The notes under the pieces were generated by a model. The model saw nothing but the letters and a program-made list of their open reading frames with translations, was not told where the DNA came from and made no database searches. 64,000 nt of DNA from an uncultured Alphaproteobacteria bacterium. Lineage in GTDB: Bacteria; Pseudomonadota; Alphaproteobacteria; Rhizobiales; Xanthobacteraceae. Position numbers and translations under genes: made by a program. Positions 29,102-38,762 of this stretch are shown here, in pieces. How positions within the stretch are numbered: the stretch's first letter is position 1; the number at the start of each line of letters is the position of its first letter. The stretch is from the NCBI GenBank assembly GCA_963827465.1, contig CAWHBC010000030.1, positions 1,422 through 65,421 on the forward strand, given 5' to 3'.

Positions 29102-29662
29102 ATGAACGTCCAGCTGCCCGTACATATGGACCAGCAGCACTTCCTCGCCTGGATACAGGACCGCGAGGAACGCTACGAGCTCGATCGGGGGCGTGTGATC
29201 ATGATGACCGGCGGCTCGCGCGCGCACTGGCAGATCACTTTAAATCTCGCGAGGACTCTGGTCGAACGTCTCGACCCTGACCGCTTCGCTGTTCTGCCCG
29301 AATTCGGTGTCGATCTTGGCCCCGATACCATTCGCTTCCCCGATGTCGTCGTTGACGCAGCGGGGGAAGCGTCCGGCGATCTGAAGGCGACCGCTCCGGT
29401 GCTGATTGCCGAAGTTCTCTCGCCGTCATCCGAGCGGATCGACCTCGGCGACAAAGCAGCGGAGTGTCTTCGCCTGCCAAGCCTGCTGGCCTATTTTGTG
29501 TTCGCGCAGGACGAGATGAAAGCGTGGGTATGGGCGCGCGGTCCGGCGAATTTTCCGGCCAGCGCCGACGTGCTTGAGGGTGAAGGAGCGGTCGTCCGCA
29601 TCGAGCGGCTATCGCTCGATTTGCCCTTTACAGCGGTTTACGAGCGCGTGCGATTAAAATAA
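29102..29662 (+). CDS. Uma2-family (DUF820) PD-(D/E)xK-like endonuclease
   Basis: 186 aa. YELDRGRVIMM...PDVVVD...LIAEVLSPSS...DLGDKAAEC pattern is typical of Uma2 proteins. Confidence 0.75.
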   Translation: MNVQLPVHMDQQHFLAWIQDREERYELDRGRVIMMTGGSRAHWQITLNLARTLVERLDPDRFAVLPEFGVDLGPDTIRFPDVVVDAAGEASGDLKATAPVLIAEVLSPSSERIDLGDKAAECLRLPSLLAYFVFAQDEMKAWVWARGPANFPASADVLEGEGAVVRIERLSLDLPFTAVYERVRLK

Positions 29663-29674
29663 TGGCGGCGTCGG

Positions 29675-30659
29675 TTACGCGGCAGCGAGCGCGTAAGCCT
29701 GATCGATCAACCGCACGAAGCGCGCGCAGTCCTGCACGGAAATCGGCGGCGCCTTGCCTGCTTGCCAATGATCGAGCGCGTCGCGGACCGCGGTGAAATA
29801 CGGCGCGGTGAGATCGACGCCCGGCAAAACCTTGTCGCCGTCCTTGGTGGAAAGCTTCACCACGTTGTCTTTCATGGTGAGGATGGCGTCGCGGCCGGCG
29901 AGCTTCCATTCGCCGTCGGTGCCGTCGCGCGGGAATGTGTTGCCGACTTCGACGGTGCCGAGAATGCCGCTCGCCGAGCGCAGCAGCACCGAGGCGTAAT
30001 CCTCCACGGCATTGCCATGCGCGCGCGAGCTGAATTGCGCGCCGGTGACTTTGGCCTCCTCGCCGGTCAGATGCCAGAACATGTCGAGGCCGTGCGGCCC
30101 GAGATTGCGCAAAGCGCCGCCGCCGGCCTCCGCCGGGTCCATCATCCACGGGCAGTCCCAGGCCGCATAGCGCGGCGGCGCCGGCCGGTTTACGCGGACA
30201 TAAAGGTGCGACAGCGGGCCGAAGGTCTTGGCGGCAAGGAATTCCCGGGCGCGCTGCGGCGAAGGGGCTATAGCGCTGCGCCATCGGCACGGCGACGAAA
30301 GCATTCTTGCGCGCCGCCTTCTCGGCGACCGCGTCGACTTCCTTGGCGCTCACGCCCATCGGCTTTTCCATGAGAAACGGATAGCCGGCATCGATCAGAT
30401 CGTGCGCAATCGCCGCCATCTGGCTGTGCCGTCCGAGCGCGACGACAAAATCGGGACGCAGCGTCTTGAGCATGTCGTGGTAGTCGGTGAAGACCGGCGG
30501 GTTGCCGACCTCGGCGGCGCGCTTGGCGACGAGGCCGGCGTCAAAATCCTGCAGGCCGACCAGTTCGACGTCCTTCATGGCGAGGAGGTGGCGCAGATAG
30601 GCGGCGTCGTTGAGCGCGTGCCAGTGGCTCACTCCGATGGCGGCGACGCGAATGGTCAT
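29675..30659 (-). pseudogene. Gfo/Idh/MocA-family oxidoreductase, frame broken near 30250-30258
   Basis: N-terminal Rossmann part in ORF 29628..30659 (MTIRVAAIGVSHWH...GYPFLMEKPM...VAVPMAQRYSPFAA). The C-terminal part is in ORF 29675..30304 (RAREFLAAKTFGPLSHLYVRVNRP...). The first frame degenerates to Arg/Pro/Gly nonsense after the junction. Confidence 0.8.
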
Positions 30660-30722
30660 GTTTGCTCCCTTTGGCGTTTTTGCTGTTGGGCCGGTGGTGT
30701 GCGGAGACGGCGGGCGACGCGA

Positions 30723-31611
30723 TCAGATATTGGACGGCGCCATGCCGAGGATTTGCCGCGCTTCGCGCGGGGTGGCGACGAAATCGCCGAGCACCTCGAT
30801 GATTTTTGCCGCCTTCTCGACCAGCGCGGCGTTGCTCGGCGCGAGCTTGCCCTTTTCCAGATAGATATTGTCCTCGAGCCCGACGCGCGGATGACCGCCA
30901 AGCAGCAGCGTCTGCGCCACCATCGGAAACTGGTGCAGCGAAATGCCGAACGCGAACCACGGCGAGTCCGGCGGCAACAGGTTGCGCATATAGGTCATCG
31001 CCTCCGGCGTCGCCGGCTGGCCCCAGGAAATGCCGAGGCAGATCTGGAACATGCCCGGCGGCTTGACGTAGCCCTGCTCGAGAAACCGCTTGGCAAGCAG
31101 CAAGATGGCCGGTCTCGAACACTTCCAGCTCGGGCATCACGCCGGCGCCTTGATCGCCTCCGCCATGGCCTGCAGATGGCGACGGCGTGTTGACGAAAAC
31201 CCGGTCGCCCATATTGAGGCTGCCCATGTCGAGGCTGCAGATATCGGGCTTGAGCTCGACGACATGGCGCACGCGGTCGGCCGGCGATTTGAGCGAGCTG
31301 CCGGGCCCGGGCTTTGACGGATCGCTTTCGTCATGGGCGAAGCGCGCGCCGGGACCGGTGGTGAGGTTGATCAGCACGTCGCCGTTCTTCGCCCTGATCC
31401 GCTCCATCACTTCGCGGTAATGCGCGCCGTCCATGCTGGGCTTGGTGGTCTTCGGATCGCGCACATGAATATGCACGATGGCGGCGCCGGCCTTGGCGGC
31501 ATCGAGCGCCGAAGTGGCGATCTGTTCCGGCGTCACCGGCACCGCCGGGTTGCGCCCGGGCGTGTCCGCCGAACCGGTAACCGCGCATGAGATGATGACT
31601 TTACGCTGCAT
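30723..31611 (-). pseudogene. BKACE-family (3-keto-5-aminohexanoate cleavage-like, DUF849) enzyme with three indels within about 90 bp
   Basis: MQRKVIISCAVTGS...IVHIHVRDP. The sense sequence hops frames: VFVNTPS | HLQAMAEAIKA | GVMPELEVFETGH | LLLAKRFLEQGYVKPPGMFQICLG... Breaks are near 31178-31182, 31141-31148 and 31103-31106. The first two compensate each other. Confidence 0.8.
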
Positions 31612-31754
31612 GAAATCCCCCGAATGCCCGACCGTTCTCGGCGAGCCCGGTAAGGGCTCGCGGCGCCGATGCCTTCCCGCTTTATAGCGGGACGGCAGCC
31701 CAATGTCGCGCCGTCTTAGGATGACGGCCAAGGGCCCGCGCGATATAAGGCGCC

Positions 31755-34700
31755 ATGGCGGGAACCAAGGCCTGTTCGAGCTGCAGCCATCAAATTCCGG
31801 CTGACGCGCGGTTTTGCCCGCAATGCGGCACGGCGCAGGCGGTGGCTTGCGCCGCCTGCGGCCACGCCAATGCGGCGGGCTCGAAATTCTGTGCGCAGTG
31901 CGGCGCCAAGCTCGGTGCCGCGGCGACGCCGGCGCCCTCTCCTGCGCCGGCGGCTCCGCCGGTCGCCCGCGGCGCGACTGCCGCCGAGCGGCGGCAGCTC
32001 ACGGTCATGTTCTGCGATCTGGTCGGTTCGACGGCGCTCTCCACCAGGCTCGATCCGGAAGACCTGCGCGAGGTGATCGCGGCCTATCACAAATGCACAG
32101 CCGACGTCGTCACCCGGCTCGGCGGCTATGTCGCCAAATATATGGGCGACGGCGTGCTGATCTATTTCGGCTATCCGGAAGCGCACGAGGCCGACGCCGA
32201 AAATGCGGTGCGCGCGGCGCTGGCGCTGATCGAGGCGGTGGCGCGGCTGTTCGCCGAAGGCGGCCACGAGATCCGCATCGGCGTCGCCACCGGCCTCGTC
32301 GTCGTCGGCGAACTGGTCGGCGCCGGCGAAGCGCAGGAGCGCAATGTGGTCGGCGAGACGCCGAACCTCGCGGCCCGGCTGCAGTCGGCCGCGGCGCCGA
32401 ATACCGCGGTGGTCGACGCCACGACGCGGCGGCTGGCCGGCGACCTGTTCGCCTATGAAGCCATTGCACCGGCCGCGTTCAAAGGCTTCGCCGAACCGGT
32501 CGGCGCCTGGAAAATCCTGCGCGAGCGCAGCATTGCCAGCCGCTTTGAGGCGCTGCGCGACGCAATGCTTGCGCCGCTCATCGGCCGCGAGGAGGAGATG
32601 GAGCTCCTGCTGCGCCGCTGGCAACAGATCGCCGACGGCGAAGGCCGGGTCGTGCTGCTCGCCGGCGAGGCCGGCATCGGCAAATCGCGCCTGACGGCGG
32701 CGCTCGAAGAGGGCGTGAAGAACGAAGCCCACATGTGCCTGCGGTATTTCTGCCAGCCGCATATTCAAGGCAGCACGCTGGCGCCGGTCATCGCACAAAT
32801 CCAGCACGCCTGCGATTTCAAGCCGGACGATACGGCGGCCGAGAAGCGCGCAAAACTTCAAGAACTGCTCGGACCCGAGACCGACGCCGGGCCTTTCGCC
32901 GAGTTACTGGGTATCGCCGAGCGGCCCGCCGAGGGCATTCCGGATCCGCAGCGCGCCCGCCGCCGCATTCTCGCCGCGCTGGTCGGACGGCTCGAAGCGC
33001 TGTCGCGCCGCGGCCCGGTGCTCATGGTGTTCGAGGACGCGCATTGGGCCGATCCGACCTCGCTCGAGCTTTTGACGCTCGCGATCGAGCGGCTGCAGAC
33101 ACTGCCGATACTTCTCGTCATCACCTTTCGCCCGGATTTCCAGGCACCGTGGGCCGGCCAGCCGCACGTCACCGCCGTTGCGCTCAACCGGCTCTCGCAG
33201 CGCGCCCGCACCGCGCTGGTCGAGCACATCGCCGGCGGCAAGGCGCTGCCGCCGCAGCTTCTCGCCCAGATCGTCGAGCGCACCGACGGCGTGCCGCTGT
33301 TCGTCGAGGAATTGACCAAAGCGGTGCTGGAAAGCGAGCAACTGCACGAGGATCAGGACCGCTACGTGCTCGAGCAGCCGATGCAGCAGTTGTCGATCCC
33401 GACCACGCTGCAGGCTTCGCTGATGGCGCGCGTCGACCGGCTCGGCTCGGCGCGCGAAGTTTTGCAGATCGGATCGGCCATCGGCCGCGAATTCTCCTAC
33501 GACGTTCTTGCCGCCGTGGCCGGGCTGCCCGACGCCGTGCTGCAGGACGCGCTCATCCGCCTGATCGAAGCGGAGCTTCTGTTCATGCGCGGCACGCCGC
33601 CGAACGCCGTCTATTCGTTCAAGCATGCGCTGGTCCAGGACACCGCCTATTCCGCCATGCTGCGCGCACGCCGCCAGCAACTGCATGCGGCCATCGCGCT
33701 GGTCATGGAAAAGCGCCATCCCGAACTCGTCGCGGCGTCGCCCGAGGTGCTGGCCCAGCAATTCGAGCAGGCCGGCCAGAGCGAAAAGGCGATCGCGTAT
33801 TGGCTGCGCGCCGGCGATCGCGACCTGCGCCGCTTCGCCATGAAGGAATTGATCGCGCATTATTCCAGTGCATTGCGCTTAATTCTCGCGATGCCCGATA
33901 CGCCGCATCGCGACGGCCTGGAACTCGACGGCTGCCTCAAAATCGCTTTGGCGGAGCAAATCAGTCACGGGCCGAGCGCCAAAGAAGCGGACCAACACTA
34001 TCTGCGCGCTCTGGCGCTTGCGGAAAAGCTGCCGGACCGCGGCCGCGAACGTTTCCTGGCCACCTGGGGCATCTGGTTCGCCGCCGTCATCAGCGGCCGG
34101 GGCGCCGACGGTTTGCGGCTGGCCGAAGATCTCCTCGCCATCGCCCGGCAGCTCGGCAATCCCGACCTCCTGCTTGAAGCCTACCACTCGCAGGTGCCGA
34201 TGCTGTTGAAGCGGCCCGATTTTGCCGGCATGGCTCATGCGGCGCAGGAAGTCGTCCGGCTTTACGACCGTGAGCGTCATCGCGATCACGCCTTTTACTT
34301 TGGCGGCCACGATTCCCGCATGTGCGGCCGCTCCTTTCATGCTCTCGCGCTCTGGGGCCAGGGGCTATTCGCGCAGGCTCAAGCCATGTCGTGGCGGGCC
34401 GTCGAGGATGCCCGCGACCTCGGCCATCTTTTTTCCCTGACGCATGCGTACCAGCGCGCCGGCATGACGATGATGCTGCTGCGGGACTTAGCCGCCTGCC
34501 GCACCGTCGCCGACGATCTCTATCCTATCGCCGAGCGTAACAAATTCGCCTGGCCGCTCGCCGACGCGATTTACCTGCGCGGCTGGCTGGCGACGCAAGA
34601 TGGCGATTCCTCCGGCATCGCCGCCATGCTGGAGTCGGTCTATCAGCCGTTTTTCGCCGCCTTCCGCCCGGTCTATCTCATTCTGATTGCCGCCGAACAT

Positions 34701-35069
34701 TTGCGCGCCGGCGATTTCGAAGCCGCCACGGCGCTGCTTGACCGCACTGTCACGGAGTCCGAACAACAGACCAACCATTTTTGTGAGCCGGAAATTCCAC
34801 GGCTGCGCGGCGAAATCCTGCTGGCGCGGTCGCGCGATAACGCCGCGGCGGCGGAGCGGGCCTTCCGCGACGCGCTGGCGCTGGCGGCACAGCAAGCGTG
34901 CCGGCCGCTTGAACTGCGCGCCGCGACCAGCTTGGCGCGCCTTTTGGCCGATGGAAGTCGCCGCGAAGAAGCGCGCGGCGTGCTGGCGCCAATCTACGCC
35001 ACCTTCACCGAGGGCTTCGAAAAACCCGATTTGGCCGAGGCTAAGGCGCTGCTCGCCGCATTGGGCTGA
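31755..35069 (+). CDS. double zinc-ribbon / class III nucleotide cyclase / STAND-type P-loop NTPase / TPR-like multidomain protein
   Basis: 1104 aa and intact. N-terminus CSSCSHQIPADARFCPQCG...CAACGH...FCAQCG. Cyclase core VMFCDLVGST...KYMGDGVLIYFG...VVGETPNLAARL. Walker A LLAGEAGIGKSRL and Walker B-like LMVFEDAHWAD. Long helical repeat C-terminus. Confidence 0.85.
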   Translation: MAGTKACSSCSHQIPADARFCPQCGTAQAVACAACGHANAAGSKFCAQCGAKLGAAATPAPSPAPAAPPVARGATAAERRQLTVMFCDLVGSTALSTRLDPEDLREVIAAYHKCTADVVTRLGGYVAKYMGDGVLIYFGYPEAHEADAENAVRAALALIEAVARLFAEGGHEIRIGVATGLVVVGELVGAGEAQERNVVGETPNLAARLQSAAAPNTAVVDATTRRLAGDLFAYEAIAPAAFKGFAEPVGAWKILRERSIASRFEALRDAMLAPLIGREEEMELLLRRWQQIADGEGRVVLLAGEAGIGKSRLTAALEEGVKNEAHMCLRYFCQPHIQGSTLAPVIAQIQHACDFKPDDTAAEKRAKLQELLGPETDAGPFAELLGIAERPAEGIPDPQRARRRILAALVGRLEALSRRGPVLMVFEDAHWADPTSLELLTLAIERLQTLPILLVITFRPDFQAPWAGQPHVTAVALNRLSQRARTALVEHIAGGKALPPQLLAQIVERTDGVPLFVEELTKAVLESEQLHEDQDRYVLEQPMQQLSIPTTLQASLMARVDRLGSAREVLQIGSAIGREFSYDVLAAVAGLPDAVLQDALIRLIEAELLFMRGTPPNAVYSFKHALVQDTAYSAMLRARRQQLHAAIALVMEKRHPELVAASPEVLAQQFEQAGQSEKAIAYWLRAGDRDLRRFAMKELIAHYSSALRLILAMPDTPHRDGLELDGCLKIALAEQISHGPSAKEADQHYLRALALAEKLPDRGRERFLATWGIWFAAVISGRGADGLRLAEDLLAIARQLGNPDLLLEAYHSQVPMLLKRPDFAGMAHAAQEVVRLYDRERHRDHAFYFGGHDSRMCGRSFHALALWGQGLFAQAQAMSWRAVEDARDLGHLFSLTHAYQRAGMTMMLLRDLAACRTVADDLYPIAERNKFAWPLADAIYLRGWLATQDGDSSGIAAMLESVYQPFFAAFRPVYLILIAAEHLRAGDFEAATALLDRTVTESEQQTNHFCEPEIPRLRGEILLARSRDNAAAAERAFRDALALAAQQACRPLELRAATSLARLLADGSRREEARGVLAPIYATFTEGFEKPDLAEAKALLAALG

Positions 35070-35161
35070 TCGGCCATTGGCGCCGTGGGGCTGCGCGCTC
35101 GCCAGCCCCTCCCCGCCGGCTGTCCAGTTGACATTATAAACAGAACTGATATTGTTCTGTT

Positions 35162-35572
35162 ATGGCGGCGAACAGCCTTCTTGCCGGAGCGGTGCAAATC
35201 CTGTGCGTGCTTGCATGGCGCAAGCGCGACACCACGTCGGCGCAGATCGCGCGCAGCCTGCAAACCAACCCGGTCGTGGTCCGCCGCATTCTCAAGACGC
35301 TGGAGCATGCTGGCCTGGTAAAGGTGCGGCCCGGGCGCGACGGCGGCGTAGCGCTGCTGCGGTCTCCGGCCGACATCACGCTCGACGATATCTACAAGGC
35401 CGTCGAGCCCGGCAGCACGCTGTTTGCGCTGCGCGAGCGCGGCAGCCCGCGCTGCCCGGTCAACCTCGCCATGAAACATCTACTGCCGCCGGTCTTCGAC
35501 GCCGCCGATGCGGCGGTCGACTCAGTCTTGCGCAAGACCAAGCTCGCTTCCCTCGTCGAACGGATCGAATAA
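35162..35572 (+). CDS. Rrf2-family transcriptional regulator
   Basis: 136 aa. wHTH region TSAQIARSLQTNPVVVRRILKTLEHAGLV. Confidence 0.8.
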   Translation: MAANSLLAGAVQILCVLAWRKRDTTSAQIARSLQTNPVVVRRILKTLEHAGLVKVRPGRDGGVALLRSPADITLDDIYKAVEPGSTLFALRERGSPRCPVNLAMKHLLPPVFDAADAAVDSVLRKTKLASLVERIE

Positions 35573-35673
35573 AGCCACGCGGTGCGATTGGAGAAAGCGG
35601 CTCCCCTCCCGCGCCCATCGTTTTGCGGCGCCAAACAAAACAAATGCTGTTTAGTATTAGATTGGAAAATGCA

Positions 35674-37155
35674 ATGAGCTCCATCACCGACGGTCCCGCT
35701 CTGCCAAACGCCGTGCTGGCCGACACCACGCCGATGCACGGGCGGTCCGCCGCCCGCGCGGTGACCGCTAAGAGTCCGAAAGCCGCCGGCGGCAAAAGGG
35801 TCGAACCGAATCAGGTCCTCGCTATCGCCTGCGTCGGGATCGTGCTGGCCAATCTCGACCTGTTCATCGTCAACGTCGCTTTGCCGCGTATTGCGGATAG
35901 CTTTCCCGGCTCGAGCCTCGACGGCCTGTCGTGGATTCTCAACGGCTACGCCATTGTCTATGCCGCGCTGCTGGTGTTTTTCGGCCGGCTCGCCGAGCGC
36001 TATCGCCGCGACCGCAGCTTTCTTATCGGCGTTGTCCTGTTCACGGTCGCGTCGGCTGCCTGCGCCGCGGCGCAAAGCGTTGACATGCTGGTGGCCTTCC
36101 GCGTGTTGCAGGGCGCCGGCGCGGCGCTGATGACGCCGACCTCGCTCGGACTGTTGCTCGCGACCTTCGCGCCGGAAAAGCGCAGCGGCGCGGTTCGCGC
36201 CTGGACCGCGGTGGGCGGCTTTGCCGCGGCCGTCGGCCCGCTCGCCGGCGGGCTTCTGGTGTCGGCAAACTGGCGCTGGATCTTTCTGGTCAATGTGCCG
36301 ATCGGCCTCGCCGCGCTCGCGGTCGGCCTGTTCAAGCTGCCTGCCGTTCCGGGCCACGACGTGCGGCCGCCGCACGCCCGCGACGCCGTGCTGGTGACAT
36401 TCGGCATCGGCGCGCTCACGTTCGCCATCATGCAGGGTCCGGTCTGGGGATGGACGTCGCACGGCGTCGTCTTAAGCTTCGCCGCCGCGGTGCTGCTGCT
36501 CGCCGTCTTCGTTGCCGATTGTCTGCGCTCCGATAATCCGTTCGTCGACCCCGCATTGTTCCGAATCCGGCCGTTCGCCGGCGCGACGCTGATCATGGCG
36601 CCCTATTCGATCGCTTTCGGCGCCATGCTGCTGTCGCTGGCGCTGTGGATGCAGCAAGGCTGGGGCTGGTCGGCGCTGAAAACCGGCATCGCGATCTCGC
36701 CGGGGCCGTTCATGGTTCCGGTCACGTCCTTCCTCGTCGCCGGACGCCTGATTGCGCGGTTCGGTGCGGCGGCCGTGCTTACGCTCGGCATTCTGCTGTT
36801 TGCCCTAGGCTTCGTCTGGTTTGCGACCGTCCCCGGTCTGACGCCCAGCATGGCTGACGCACTGGTCGGAATGCTGCTCACCGGCACCGGCGTTGGCCTG
36901 ACCTTCCCGACGCTGATGGGTGTCGGTACCGGCGCGCTGCCGCCCTCTTCGTTCGCGACCGGCTCGGGGGTGCTCAACATGACGCGGCAGACTTGCCTTG
37001 CGGTAGGCGTCGCGCTCTTAGTCGCCATGCTGGGCGCGCCGGCTTCGCCGCTCGCCCGGCTTGACGCGTTCGACCGCGCCTGGTGGGCGATGGCCGGCAT
37101 CACTTTGCTGAGTGTATTGCCGCTGATGTTGCTGCGCGGCGCCGACCGGCGCTGA
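35674..37155 (+). CDS. MFS transporter, DHA2 (EmrB/QacA-like, 14-TMS) type
   Basis: ATG at 35674 inside ORF 35152..37155. Carries LDLFIVNVALPRI, GRLAERYRRDRSF and LQGAGAALMTPTSL motifs. Confidence 0.85.
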   Translation: MSSITDGPALPNAVLADTTPMHGRSAARAVTAKSPKAAGGKRVEPNQVLAIACVGIVLANLDLFIVNVALPRIADSFPGSSLDGLSWILNGYAIVYAALLVFFGRLAERYRRDRSFLIGVVLFTVASAACAAAQSVDMLVAFRVLQGAGAALMTPTSLGLLLATFAPEKRSGAVRAWTAVGGFAAAVGPLAGGLLVSANWRWIFLVNVPIGLAALAVGLFKLPAVPGHDVRPPHARDAVLVTFGIGALTFAIMQGPVWGWTSHGVVLSFAAAVLLLAVFVADCLRSDNPFVDPALFRIRPFAGATLIMAPYSIAFGAMLLSLALWMQQGWGWSALKTGIAISPGPFMVPVTSFLVAGRLIARFGAAAVLTLGILLFALGFVWFATVPGLTPSMADALVGMLLTGTGVGLTFPTLMGVGTGALPPSSFATGSGVLNMTRQTCLAVGVALLVAMLGAPASPLARLDAFDRAWWAMAGITLLSVLPLMLLRGADRR

Positions 37156-37217
37156 CGCGGAGGTGTGGCGCGACAGTTGGTGCGGCACGCGAAATCAGAC
37201 GGCTACCACCGGGGACC

Positions 37218-37253
37218 GCGTTCATCCAGCATCGCCGATCTCACCGTGGCCGT
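37218..37253 (+). repeat. copy A of a recurrent intergenic motif (GCGTWCATCCRGCRTCGC ... GTGGCCGT)
   Basis: gcgttcatccagcatcgcc-gatctcacc-gtggccgt. See copies at 38655 and 39879. Confidence 0.7.
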
Positions 37254-37384
37254 TGTGGCCGGGACGGAGTAAGCTGACGGGTTCGCTCCATTTAAGGCCA
37301 ATAAGCCTCGCAGAATTCGAACCCGGCCCTATTTAAAGGGTTCGCCGGACGGCAAGAGGCTTCAACGCGCGCATGAATTAGGCT

Positions 37385-38608
37385 TTGGCCGTCGCATTGC
37401 CGGAATGGCTGACGCAGGCCGGTTTGGCCGGAACGTCGGAGTCCGACATCGTTTCGGGTTTCTGCGACCGATGCGTCGGCGCCGGGCTTCCGCTCGGCCG
37501 CGCCCAAGTGTTCATCGACACGCTGCATCCCGTCCATGAAGGCCGCTTGTTCCGCTGGGGGCATGATCCGGGCGAGGAGCCGCTGGTCGACTATGGCCGC
37601 ACCACCGTCGATCCGCTCGCGCCGACCGGGTCTTACCCGCTCGACGTCGTCGCCGCGGAACGCTGGCGCGAAAGCCCGTTCTATAAAATGCTGCAAACCG
37701 GCGAGTCGACATTGCGGCGTCGCGTGAGCGCCGCAGCGCTGGGCGAATTCGCGCTGCTGCCGGAACTGCTGGCGGCCGGGATCACCGATTACGTCGCCAT
37801 CATCACCCGCTTCGCCGCCGACGGCGTCATCGGCGACATGGACGGCGTCTATTCGTCATGGGCAACGCGGGCGCCGGACGGCTTTACCGACGCGCAGCTC
37901 GCCGCCCTTGAGAGCGTCGTGCCCTACCTCGCTCTCGCCATCAAATCGATCTCGCTCGCCCGCATGACCGATACTTTGATGCAAACCTATCTCGGCCGCG
38001 ACGCCGGCCGCCGCGTGCTGTCCGGAAAAATCGTCCGCGGCATCGCCGAGCGTATCGAAGCCGCCGTGTGGTTCAGCGATCTGCGCGGCTTCACCCGGAT
38101 CACCGACACCACGCCGGAACACGTCATCCCGCTGCTCAACGACTATTTCGACGTCATCATCTCGGCGATCAAGAAACACGGCGGCGACGTTCTCAAGCTG
38201 ATCGGCGACGGCACGCTCGCCATCTTCACCGCGGCCGACCGGACGGCGGCCTGTGACATGGCGCTCGGCGCCGCGATCGCCGCGCGCCGCGGCGTCGCCG
38301 AACTGAAAAAGCTGCGCGCACAGGCCGGCAAGCCGGTCACCGACATGTATCTCGGACTGCATGTCGGCGAAGTGTTCTTCGGCAATGTCGGCAGCCGCGA
38401 GCGGCTCGACTTCACCGTCGTCGGGCCGGCGGTGAACGAAGCGAGCCGGATCGCGGCGATGTGCCGCTCGCTGGATCAGCCCATTCTGATGTCGGAGACA
38501 TTCGCCGAGGTCGGGGATTTAGGGCAGCGTCTCGTCTCGGTCGGCCGCTATGCGCTGCGCGGGGTCTCGCACGCCCAGGAATTGTTCACCCTCGATCCCG
38601 ATGCCTGA
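37385..38608 (+). CDS. class III adenylate/guanylate cyclase with uncharacterised N-terminal domain
   Basis: 407 aa with a TTG start. VWFSDLRGFTRI...LIGDGTLAIF...GLHVGEVFFGNVG...DFTVVGPAVNEASRI. Confidence 0.8.
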   Translation: MAVALPEWLTQAGLAGTSESDIVSGFCDRCVGAGLPLGRAQVFIDTLHPVHEGRLFRWGHDPGEEPLVDYGRTTVDPLAPTGSYPLDVVAAERWRESPFYKMLQTGESTLRRRVSAAALGEFALLPELLAAGITDYVAIITRFAADGVIGDMDGVYSSWATRAPDGFTDAQLAALESVVPYLALAIKSISLARMTDTLMQTYLGRDAGRRVLSGKIVRGIAERIEAAVWFSDLRGFTRITDTTPEHVIPLLNDYFDVIISAIKKHGGDVLKLIGDGTLAIFTAADRTAACDMALGAAIAARRGVAELKKLRAQAGKPVTDMYLGLHVGEVFFGNVGSRERLDFTVVGPAVNEASRIAAMCRSLDQPILMSETFAEVGDLGQRLVSVGRYALRGVSHAQELFTLDPDA

Positions 38609-38654
38609 CTCGAAGAATTCGGCGCCGGATACCAAAACGACCACATGCGGGCGC

Positions 38655-38685
38655 GCGTTCATCCGGCGTCGCCTACAGTGGCCGT
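38655..38685 (+). repeat. copy B of the recurrent intergenic motif
   Basis: gcgttcatccggcgtcgcc-taca-gtggccgt. Confidence 0.7.
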
Positions 38686-38762
38686 TGCGGCGATGAAGAA
38701 CTCAAAACAACACGCAACATCGCCTAAGCATCTGAAATCTATCATTCCTTGGTGACAGTCCC

